Shown one piece after another: positions 34,681 to 45,124 of a stretch of DNA of 45,124 nt. Positions within the stretch are counted from its first letter, which is position 1; every line of letters begins with the position of its first letter. A program made the position numbers and the translations under genes. Origin of the DNA: Octopus bimaculoides (lineage: Eukaryota); contig NC_068982.1 of NCBI RefSeq assembly GCF_001194135.2, positions 179,324,969 to 179,370,092 of the forward strand, written 5' to 3'. Below the pieces are notes generated by a model, which was given only the letters and a program-made list of their open reading frames with translations, was not told the origin of the DNA and did no database searches.

Positions 34681-35065
34681 AAATTAACAGAATATTTTTG
34701 ACGCTGGGATAGAATACACAGAAAAAAAATCCAAAGCTATGATGCTACAATATATTTTTCTTAGATTTTCAACAGCCCTCTCGCGTTGAACGAAATCATT
34801 TAAAAAAAGAAACTAGATTTCGAAAGGTAGGTAAGGTAAAGAAAGATTGTGATTTCAAGTATATTTTAAATATGTTACCCCGCTGTAACCTTATTCTTCA
34901 TACATACTGAATAAACATTTATACAGCTAATATTATAGAAAAAACGATTTGTTTCCTTAATCTTCTTCAAACCAATTAATTTTGTATTGAATAGAAATAT
35001 TCTCCGTGAGATATCAGGAAGAACCATAAAAAAAAAATATTTATATATATATATATATATATATG

Positions 35066-35811
35066 ATACAAAATGGGACAAGAACGCAAAACATCCAGGA
35101 AGTTAGGTGATACAAAAAAGGGACAACAAAACATCTAGATAGACGATACAAAGAAAATAAGGACGGGTCATTCGGAGCTTTCTTTCTTCAGTAGAGTTCC
35201 AGATTATCTTTGCAATTTCGGCTGGTTATACTCGAGATTGCTCCAATCTGGCCATTTCCAAGGAAAAACTAAGCTAAGAGCATTAGATTCCTTGGAAGAA
35301 AGCAGCGAATGTATACGAAAACAAGGACGGAAAAAGACGGAGAATGTTACACAAACACAAATAAAAGGACATAACAACAGGTTCCTTTCGACTAAGGATG
35401 AATGAAATTAAGCTGGCGTTTGTGGAAATAAAGCTTTACGGCAGGGATACAAGATTTCACAGGCACAAGGAAGAATATAGATGTTGCACGGACGACGGCC
35501 GAACCAAGAAAGAAAGGTCAGGCTTGGCCGAACACCAGTCACGTGGGGAGAGAAGAGAGAGAGGTAGAGGCAGAGAGACAGAGAAATTAAGGAGGGGCGA
35601 GAAAAATGACAGGGACACAGTGAAGTGAAAAGAGGAGGGAAAGTGAGCAAGAAGAGAAGGCAAGGAAATGGGAACGAGGGGGAACGAAAGAACGAAGAGT
35701 GAAATGAACGAATAAGCGAGAAAGGGCTGATAGAAACAAAGAATAGAGTCGTACAAGATTTAGATAAATAAATACTTACAACTAAGAGACCAAAGTGTAC
35801 GTACGCCGCTA

Positions 35812-35848
<37 letters not shown>

Positions 35849-35978
35849 CAAAACGGGACAAGAGCGCAAAGCATCCAGACAGTTAGGTGATATAAAAAAG
35901 GGACAACAAAATATCCAGATAGACGATACAAAGAAAACAAGGAATTTTCTTTCCTCAGTCGAGTTCCAGATTATCTTT
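35066..35978 (-). mobile_element. Penelope-like partial-tandem repeat (two ~140-bp direct repeats, each next to (TA)n)
   Basis: 35066-35211 and 35846-35978 are direct repeats, each carrying CTGANGA on the minus strand; a GA-rich body lies between them. The PLE assignment rests on architecture only. Confidence 0.5.
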
Positions 35979-36025
35979 AGGACAATCAGTAATTTGTCAT
36001 AATAGACTTCAGTGTNNNNNNNNNN

Positions 36026-36064
<39 letters not shown>

Positions 36065-36894
36065 CACTTCGCACTGTTTTGGCCTTGCCATGATCCTTTA
36101 TAGAATATACTCTACACAATTCTTCATAGTAATTATTCTATTATATTATGTATACACACACACATATACATACACACACACAGACACGCAATCAGATATA
36201 CACACACACGCATATACATATGTATGCAAGACACATTTATTAATGCATGCAATATAATTAATTGGTATGATTTCTGGATTTCATTTAAAATTCTAATTGT
36301 TGCATTCCTTAATCAACCTTAATTAATAGTCATGTTTCTTAATTAATTTTGATTAGTCCTAATTAATTGCATCTATCTCTTAGTATTTTCCTGTAAAGAT
36401 AGTATAGCTTCTCTGATTATTTGAAGCTTTCACTGTATAAATGAACTCATAAGTTCATCGTTTAATTCTAGTTCAACTATATTCACAAAGCTATGAAATA
36501 AAACACAGAATATTCCTGATTAATTGGATTCTATTTTAACAACATACGCCCTTGAATTTGGTAGAGTGGGGATTTTTGAAGTCATGAGTTAATACTATTA
36601 GATTTCACTTAGATATCTAGTACTCTTACAAAGTTCATAAACATCATCACATATTATCTTACTTAGTAGCGTTTAAACGTGTATGTTTATAAACGAATAT
36701 ACTTAATAAAACAAATATGTATGATATAGAAATATGGTTGGTATGAATGGGTTTGTATGTGAAAACCAGCAAAAGTAAGATTGAAAGAGATTAGAAATAT
36801 ATCATGACTATATATTCTATTTACAAATGCAAAACAAAATGTACCAACTAATGGTGAACTACAGTCAAACCATCAGGCAAGAGCATGTATTCCT

Positions 36895-37135
36895 TACTCT
36901 TTTACTCTTTCAATAGTTTCAGCTCAATGTATGTGGCTATGCTGGAAACCGCTAACTGGTGTTTTCATACCATCTATTAATCATCGTTTAAATGTTGACG
37001 TTTTGGGAATGACAGAGTTTGATACTGCTGCTCTTGTCCCACTTCCTATTGTGAAGTTGACTCATCTGGGACTTTTGACTGCAAGTGATACAGTTTAGCT
37101 TTGAAGATATCTGCATCCACACGAATGAATTCAAG
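36895..37135 (-). mobile_element. CR1-like LINE 3' fragment
   Basis: VDADIFKAKLYHLQSKVPDES...RAAVSNSV, then tail GCGGTTTCCAGCATAGCCACA...GCTGAAACTA. Confidence 0.75.
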
Positions 37136-37138
37136 GTC

Positions 37139-37222
37139 TTACATACATACATGCATACATACATACTTACATGCATGCATACATATATACATACATACAT
37201 GCATGCATACATACACACACGT

Positions 37223-37289
<67 letters not shown>

Positions 37290-37290
37290 T
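37139..37290. repeat. (ATAC)n and (GATA)n tetranucleotide arrays
   Basis: Seen directly. Confidence 0.95.
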
Positions 37291-38161
37291 AGTAAACAAA
37301 GAAGAAATTAGAATAATGGTATTACATTTCTGAAACAGTGACGATCGTTTCAATGACCTGTAGAATTTTTTACATCAAACAACATGATGCTATAGAAACA
37401 GCTTATGCAGATCCATGCGATATTAAATGTATGCCGCTCTACTTATAATATTTTCTTATTTTATTTTTTAGACTAAGTTACAAAGATATTATTTTCATAA
37501 TAGAATTTAGCGCATTAAATATGAAAAGGAGTGAATGCTATAGAATACGAGGGGATAGAGAAATTGTCTTATTCGCTCCCCATAGAGGGCCACAGATAGG
37601 GCTACAGACAGTGACAAGATAGGAACCGGCTAGTTTATTGTTAGGAGGAAGATATAAGTAGATATGAAGAAAAGCGGAAAGTTTATAGTAGTGCCTTCAA
37701 CTGGATGATAAAGATATAAAGAAAAAATAACAAGATAAAAATGATACAAAAATATAGATGAAAACAATGCACTAAAATAAGGTAGAGGATATAGTTTATG
37801 AGATCAATATAATTATAATCAAAGAGACTTAAATTACATAGATTCGAACTAAATAGATTAGTTATGCGAGAAACTAATAAAGAGGAAATCTTCGCTATAT
37901 GGAAGGTAGATTCACCTGTGATAAAGCTAATGTTAACGCTAAGCATAAGAACACTATCCTTAACACAATTTAATTCAAATGAGTAAGTTAATTAGAAATG
38001 TAATTCCCCCATCTTCATACCTTTGCTTATTTTATACTTTATGATGAATATACCAGCCTTATAATTGGTTCTTTTCCCAGTAGTTACAGTTTGTATGGAA
38101 CATCATTTGGATCAAAGAAATGCTTACTTTTTCTGATTTCGTTATCTGTACATTAATACAT

Positions 38162-38361
38162 TAATCTTTTCTACTCTAGGTACAAGGCCCGAAATTTTGA
38201 GGGGAGGGGCCAGTCAATTAGATCAACTCCAGTACGCAGCTGGTACTTAATTTATCGACGCCAAAAGGATGAAACGCAAAGTCGACCTCGGCAGAGTTTG
38301 AACTCAGAACGTAAAGACAGACGAAACACCGCTAAGCATTTCGCCCGGCGTGCTAACGTTT
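38162..38361 (-). mobile_element. SINE family A, downstream monomer of a tandem (head clipped)
   Basis: Begins AAACGTTAGCACGCCGGGCGAAATGC, B box GAGTTCAAACT, tail ...CGGGCCTTGTACCTAGAGTAGAAAAG. Confidence 0.85.
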
Positions 38362-38594
38362 GTTATTTCTTTACTGACCACAAGGGGCTAAACATAGAGG
38401 GGACAAACAAAGACAGACAAATGGATTAAGTCGATTGTATCAAACCTAGTGCATAGCCGGTACTTATTTAATCAACCCCGAAAGGATGAAAGGCAAAGTC
38501 GTCCTCGGCGGAATTTGAACTCAGAACGTAGTGGCAGACGAAATACTGCTAAGCATTTCGCTCGGCGTGCTAACGTTTCTGCCAGCTCGCCGCC
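38362..38594 (-). mobile_element. SINE family A, complete head, alternative tail
   Basis: Head GGCGGCGAGCTGGCAGAAACGTTAGC, B box GAGTTCAAATTCC (38510-38522), tail ...GTTTAGCCCCTTGTGGTCAGTAAAGAAATAA. Confidence 0.88.
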
Positions 38595-38669
38595 TTATAT
38601 TAGTAAATTAATACAATAATATAGCCAGAATCTCGTAAATAGTACTGACTTGGTATTTGCGTGAATATT

Positions 38670-38875
38670 CTCTTACTTGTTACAATCATTTGACTGTGGC
38701 CATGCTGGTGCACCGCCTTGTAGTCGAAGAAATTGACCCCTGGACTTATTCTTTGCAAGCGTAATGCTTATTCTATCGGTCTCATTTGCCGAAATGCTAG
38801 TTTACTGGGACGTACTCACACCAACATCGGTTGTCAAGCAATGGTTGTGGGGACAAACACAAACGCACACACTTA
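38670..38875 (-). mobile_element. SINE family B 3' half
   Basis: Aligns with 12715-12905; tail CAAGGCGGTGCACCAGCATGGCCACAGTC. Confidence 0.85.
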
Positions 38876-39629
38876 AATATATACATATGTGTGTGTATAT
38901 GTATATATATATATATATATGTATATGTATATGTATATGTATATATATATGTATATGTATGTATANNNNNNNNNNNNNNNNNNNNNNNNNNNNNNNNNNN
39001 NNNNNNNNNNNNNNNNNNNNNNNNNNNNNNNNNNNNNNNNNNNNNNNNNNNNNNNNNNNNNNNNNNNNNNNNNNNNNNNNNNNNNNNNNNNNNNNNNNNN
39101 NNNNNNNNNNNNNNNNNNNNNNNNNNNNNNNNNNNNNNNNNNNNNNNNNNNNNNNNNNNNNNNNNNNNNNNNNNNNNNNNNNNNNNNNNNNNNNNNNNNN
39201 NNNNNNNNNNNNNNNNNNNNNNNNNNNNNNNNNNNNNNNNNNNNNNNNNNNNNNNNNNNNNNNNNNNNNNNNNNNNNNNNNNNNNNNNNNNNNNNNNNNN
39301 NNNNNNNNNNNNNNNNNNNNNNNNNNNNNNNNNNNNNNNNNNNNNNNNNNNNNNNNNNNNNNNNNNNNNNNNNNNNNNNNNNNNNNNNNNNNNNNNNNNN
39401 NNNNNNNNNNNNNNNNNNNNNNNNNNNNNNNNNNNNNNNNNNNNNNNNNNNNNNNNNNNNNNNNNNNNNNNNNNNNNNNNNNNNNNNNNNNNNNNNNNNN
39501 NNNNNNNNNNNNNNNNNNNNNNNNNNNNNNNNNNNNNNNNNNNNNNNNTATATATATATATATATATATATATTATTTGACTGAACGCAACGCATCTATT
39601 TCCAAATAAGTTTATCTTAATCTTTTTAA

Positions 39630-40177
39630 TGCGACTCTACCCTATACTGTTCTCTACCCCTATCATTTTCTCGCTCACCCTTTCTCTAATTCCTCTTTTT
39701 CTCACCTTCACCGTTTTCTATCTGTCTCTTTCTTCCCTCTTTCTCCTTTATTCTCTCTCTCGTTGCTCACACATGACCATCGTCCATCTTTCCTTTCTTT
39801 CAGGGCTGTCCTAGAGGTTGGACATATCCTATCTATCTCTTTCTTCTATCTTTTCACTTGTCAAAGAAAATATTTCTCCAGTGTTCACTATTTTACCCTC
39901 GTTCTGGTCTAACAACCCTCCATCTTTGTTTTCATTCGGTTTCCTTGTATACGTCCACTATCCTGTTTTTGTTCCTAACTTTGACCCTCCATAAATCCCA
40001 AATTTAATTTTGGTATTTTTGTCGTTGAATGCTCGAAATTAGAAGAAGATAGGCTGCCGACAACTGATGAAGGGTCGTTCTTTATGTTACTTGTCCTGTT
40101 TCCCTTTTGTTTCTCTCGTTGTTTGCGTATTGTTTTCGTATTTCATGGCGTTTCCCGTTTGGGATGTCCTCTACCCA

Positions 40178-40180
<3 letters not shown>
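39630..40180 (+). mobile_element. Possible second Penelope-like terminal repeat family member
   Basis: Same order as the minus strand of 35066-35800: CT-rich tract, CTGATGAAGGG (40064), T-rich segment, then (TA)n. Direct sequence identity is low. Confidence 0.3.
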
Positions 40181-40243
<63 letters not shown>

Positions 40244-40246
<3 letters not shown>

Positions 40247-41215
40247 AGCTATGGAGACGATACAAAAGTCTCTCAGAGGATACAGAACTCTGGAGACGCT
40301 GCACATCTGCAACGTGAGTTGGACGCAGTATACAGATTGGTTGAGGAAAATAACATGCAGTATAATGTTGAGAAATTCCAAGCCCTGCGCTATCAACACA
40401 TGCAGCTCAATAAAAAGCAGATAGGATACACTGGCCCAGGAGGGATTGCAATCCCTGAATCAAAATCAGTGTGTGACCTGGACATCGAATGAGTAATGAT
40501 GCATCTTTCCAGGTGCATATTACCAACTGGACAATAAAATGCAGACGCTTGGCTGAATGAATCCTTTGAACTTTGAAAACGAGAGAGAAGGAAACCATGA
40601 TGCTCCTTTGGAGGACTTTCGTCCTCAGCCGTCTGGGTTACTGGTCCCAACTATGATCACCAAGCAGTGTAAAATTAACGTCAGAACTCGAAGCGATTCA
40701 ACGAAGCTACACAAAGACGATCAACACAATGCGACATACCAGCTTCTGAGAGAGACTGAAGTAGTTAAACTCTGCTTCTTAGAACGAAGGTGGGAAAGAT
40801 ACGCAGTAATATCATCTGGAAAATCCCAGTAAAACTTTATTAAACTTTGGCATAGTCATTTACACTAACAGCAGGACGGGGTACTTCTGCATCCCAACAT
40901 TGCCATTAGGATACAACACCAAATACTGCAACAACTTGGGCTTCAAGGGCCCACTGATCTTCAATACCCTCCCACAAAGCTTAAGAAACCTGCGTGGCGT
41001 GGATGTAGGTGTTTTCAAAGCAAAACATGATCTCTTTCTGTCAAGAGTTCCGGATGAACCTACCTGAAGGTAAGAAACACAGATGAAGGCAGCAACGTCA
41101 AACTCCCTCATCCATCAAATGTCACATATCACAGGAGGTTTAGTGAAAGTGAATCAAGGCGGTGCCCAGCATGGCCACAGTCCTCGGACTGAAACTAAAA
41201 GAATAAAGTAAAATA
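40244..41215 (+). mobile_element. 5'-truncated CR1-clade LINE (RT catalytic motif to 3' tail)
   Basis: SYGDDTK (~YADDTK), ENNMQYNVEKFQALRY, MLLWRTFVLSRL.YWSQL, ERRWERY, FKGPLIFNTLPQSLRNL...RVPDEP, RAATSNSLIHQ; stops and frameshifts; tail at 41155-41210. Confidence 0.92.
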
Positions 41216-41887
41216 TGTATGTATGCATATGTGTGTGTGAGTATATATATATTTCTGTAAGCTGTTTTAAAATAATAATCTTAATTTAATGTATATACAT
41301 GTTATATGCGCGTATGTGTGCCTGTGTGTGCGTGTATATGTATATGCATATATGAGTATAAGGGGAGTGAACCTCAAATATATCTGATAAAGAAACTACG
41401 TAATATTTAGCACATATGTCTAGGTAAGTCGTCAAATATTCACCGCTTCAGCCGCTGGTTAATCGTTTCACCACAATGTACAACAGCTGAGAGTTGAGGT
41501 AGTTACCTATATTAGAACAGTAGTTAAGATACGTTAAGTGTGCTCTACTGAAGGAATATAAGTTGTCAGAGACTAGTTAGATCGTATATCAACGCCCTTG
41601 AAGCTAAGTAGTACAGTATTACTTAATCTAAGTTAAATATTTAATCCACCGACAACTGACCAAGTTATTGCTGATATACCTCTTTGTGTATATCAGTTTC
41701 ACTAGCATGAAGAATGGTCTTCAGATATACCACATATAGAAAATTTAAATATTTACCATAAATTACCTCGCTGTACAGCTAAATGTTTTTGTGACTATCC
41801 TCCTCATCAGCTAATTACAAACTACAGGTAGTTACTCGCTTAGTTACATTTAGCTACACTTTATATGTGTGTATGTATGCATGCAGG

Positions 41888-41940
<53 letters not shown>

Positions 41941-44729
41941 GGCGAGAGAGGTACATGTAGATATGGATCTATACATGTTTATATATATACGTATAGATGT
42001 ACATACGTATGTTCGCATGTGTGTATATACATACATACATATTCTGTAGCTATATGGTTAACAAGAAATAACAGCTTTATTGAAAGGATAATGAAAAAGA
42101 ACTTCTGCAAGTAATTTTGTGAAGATACAATATGTCGGAATATGTAAGTCAGCCTCAAATTAGTCAATCCTGTTTACTTGAGGCCTTAGTAAAAGAGTAT
42201 TTATAAACAATATCACTGCTGACGGTATCTCTGCCGACTTGTCTGTATGTTTCTCCTTTTTCTGTTCACGAAGGTATTATATATAAAATCAGGGTATTTA
42301 CTTTTGCCTATTCATACATTGTTAGCTAAAGATATATTCTGCAGTGCAATATATTATTAAAACAAAACAGTGATTTATATATGTGGGTTTGTTCCTCCGT
42401 TCAACAAATTGATATTTCAAGTCAACTAACAGGGCACTGCTTTGTCTTTTTATGAGAATATGTTGCCAAAAATTATTTTTGACCTTTTAACAATAACGTC
42501 TCTGCGACGACAAAGGAGGTTGTTAGCTCCTATGCTCATGAAATTCCCCTCTCTCTCTCTTTCTCTCTCTTGCTCTCTCTTTCTCTCTCACTGTCTCCCT
42601 CTCGCTTTCTTTCTTTCTCTCAAAACCTATTTCCTTCTCTCAGGTGTAGCCGCCTATCTGGTGTCTCTAAGTTGCATCTCATATTTCTGTTTGTTATTGG
42701 TTGGCGCTAGCATCTACACTGCCACCACCATCAAACGACTACGCCCCGTTACCCATAGACTTCCATTTACATTAATATGCAGTTCACGGTTAAATCTCTA
42801 ATGACAACCATCACCCTCATATTGCTAACTTATATATTATCTTTTCTAGAATGTCAAAGTGGTGTTGGGTTTTGAATATATTCATGTCACAGAAGGAAGG
42901 AGCAACAAAAGGTGTTTTGTACATGTAAATTCTAAAATGTAAGTATTTGTTTATGTCTACTTCTTTTAGTAGCGTCAATAGCAAACGAACGGGTATAAGG
43001 AAACGTTTAAAATGCGTGTTTAAAACATATTGTCTGCAGTTATGCTGACTTGACTCAACCAGAATAATAATTGATTTATGTTTCTGTTACAAAACAAGAA
43101 AAACACCTTTTACCATCAATAATTTTGCGTTTTTCAGAAGAGAATATAAAAATAAAGTAATGCTTTTTAACTCAAGGGATTTCAGTTTTACGATCATGAC
43201 GGATATTCATTACAGCAGCACAAAAAGTACTATCAACTTTCTGAGCCAAGTATTTTTCTTCATTTGGCTTTTCCGGTTAAATCAAGATCTACCGTGGTTT
43301 TATGGGAAATTCCATAAAAACTTCCGAATGATTATCGCGGCTAGAATTCTTTCACAATAGATCTGCCGGGAATATACGACAGCAGCAACTATAATTTTTT
43401 TTAAACCAACGAAGTATCATGTATGTCAATGATTCTCAAGCTTTCTTTTGTTATTACATATTCGATTTGATGAGGTCAAAAGTATACCGTTTTACTACCA
43501 TGTAAAAAAAATATACACAGTAAATAATCTCTATACCAATGTTGAAGGGTGATGATTTGAATGCCGGACGCAAAATTTTCTTCTTCAGAAGAAAAAAATC
43601 CAGTGGCATTTGGTAGCGGTTATGAAAGAAAAAGGGGCATGATTCCAAGAACTTAGGAGCTTGCTTGCAAAAGATATATACCATTACGGGGAAAAGAGCC
43701 CATGCCACTACTAAAATGTTATATTAAAGATAGATTGATAGCACTACTTATCCAATTAATATTTCTACACATTAACCTGCTGGTAGCTTCACTAGACATT
43801 TCACCAACTTATAACGAAACTATGTTTCCGTTGACAATGCTCAGTGTAGCAGGAACATATGAAATTAGTGTTGGCATTTTTAATAGTTATAACATTAAAA
43901 ATGCTAACTAGAAATAATTACAATACGCTGCGGGTAAAAAGCAATAGTATTCAATGACTAGTAATTTCATTATTATCATTATTTCGATAGATATAGATGA
44001 GAACTGCTGGCATATAGGGTTCGATCTTAGTATCCTCTCATGACTTCATCAGAGAATTATAGCCTCCACTGTACTTGCCAAACTGCTAATGGAAGAATTA
44101 CTAAGTAAATTTACAATATTATACACTGGCTTGTGTAGAAAATTAGAATTGTTTAGAATATAATAACGCCTCAAATAACTTTCCATACAGATGGTATCTC
44201 TGTTATTTATTCCAAGAAAATGAGAAAATAATAATAGCTATTTTTCTGTCATCGTGTATTTGTTCCTACTTTAGCTTTTTAATGGTCCATGCATTAAAAA
44301 CTGTTTCACCAACTTAAATAATATTTATCATGTAGCTGGCGTCTAAGAATTATCATATTTATCAGCTTTGAAGTGAAATACAAGTTAGTTAGATAACAAA
44401 ATACTCTGTTTTAAATTAAAAGAAGAAGAATGAATTTATAGTGAAAACAAGTTTCAGACAATTTGTTCGGCATTCCATAGAATTTATAGCTGTTGTATTC
44501 CGTTTTATTCATTTATTATTATTTATTTATTTTGTTAAATTACTAGATTTGTATTTCACAATGGTTATGGCTAAGAATGTCTAATTCTTCGAGTAACTTT
44601 ATTGTCAATGACACTTCAGTTTACAATAACGCATTATTCGCATAACCATAGACGTCGCAGCTAAAACAGACTTAACAGGAAAAAAAAACTCATAAAACAT
44701 TCATGTGTAAATAGTGCAGCATGTTTTTT

Positions 44730-45124
44730 TTATTATTATTATTGTTCAGTAGTTTTATTTTTATAACGTGCTTTCACTTCACTACCGAGCGCAGCTCTGT
44801 GCGCCTTGGGTATGTGCTGTGGTTTGCTGTGGTGCTCTTATGGTTACTGTATTGAAAGTGTTTTGCGTAGGATGTGTGCAGTGCCCAGCAGTGCAATTTT
44901 CTGTATGTTATATATATTTGTAAGTCCTGCTATTTTTGTTATGTATTTGTCTGAATATTTTTTTATTATACCTAAGGCACCTACTATGATAGGAATTGTT
45001 TCTGTTTTTAGATTCCACATTCGAGTTACCTCTATTTCCAGGTCTTTGTATTTTGAAAGTTTTTCCATTTCTTTTAGAGAAACGTTGTCATCTGCTGGTA
45101 TTGATACATCAATTAGAAAGCATT
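44730..45124 (-). mobile_element. Young R4/Dong-like RLE LINE 3' end (runs off the window)
   Basis: Open frame EKLSKYKDLEIEVTRMWNLKTETIPIIVGALG...LLGTAHILRKTLSIQ*; ~97% identical (6 differences in ~188 nt) to 17636-17825; short (AAT)n tail. Confidence 0.93.

Noticed and set aside
6072-39548. Long ORFs in the track filled with X (for example 9305-10078, 23121-24179, 29163-30746, 38764-39609)
   Set aside because: They run through N gaps and flanking TA/TG repeats, so they are artefacts. The gaps mostly sit at microsatellites, as expected for a short-read assembly.
41735-41780. Minus-strand CTGATGAGGAGG...AAAAAC, and a similar CTGATGA near 44045
   Set aside because: Neither forms stems I and II with a GAAA core.

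Overview
AT-rich eukaryotic DNA, very rich in microsatellites, with many N gaps. The repeat landscape (tRNA-derived SINEs, CR1, RTE, R4/Dong-like RLE LINEs, mariner) suggests an octopus/cephalopod genome, which is my inference. No complete protein-coding gene, rRNA, functional tRNA or CRISPR array is supported. One credible minus-strand host exon lies at 39-150, so much of the window may be intronic. The most unusual feature is a ~430-bp fold-back retroelement at 15543-15976, flanked by an exact 14-bp target-site duplication. Its intact arm reads: tRNA-derived Pol III head (A and B boxes), (AAC)n/(AAT)n spacer, then a minimal type I hammerhead ribozyme with a palindromic ACGU helix III. Its mirror arm has lost the B box and half of the ribozyme. 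Other notable items: a 5'-inverted (twin-priming-like) RTE copy; a 3' tail shared by four CR1-like LINE ends and a SINE family; Dong-like RLE LINEs associated with (TAA)n; a full-length dead mariner; a long-TIR MITE; and a Penelope-like partial tandem with hammerhead-like parts. All calls come from reading the sequence by eye, with no database searches.
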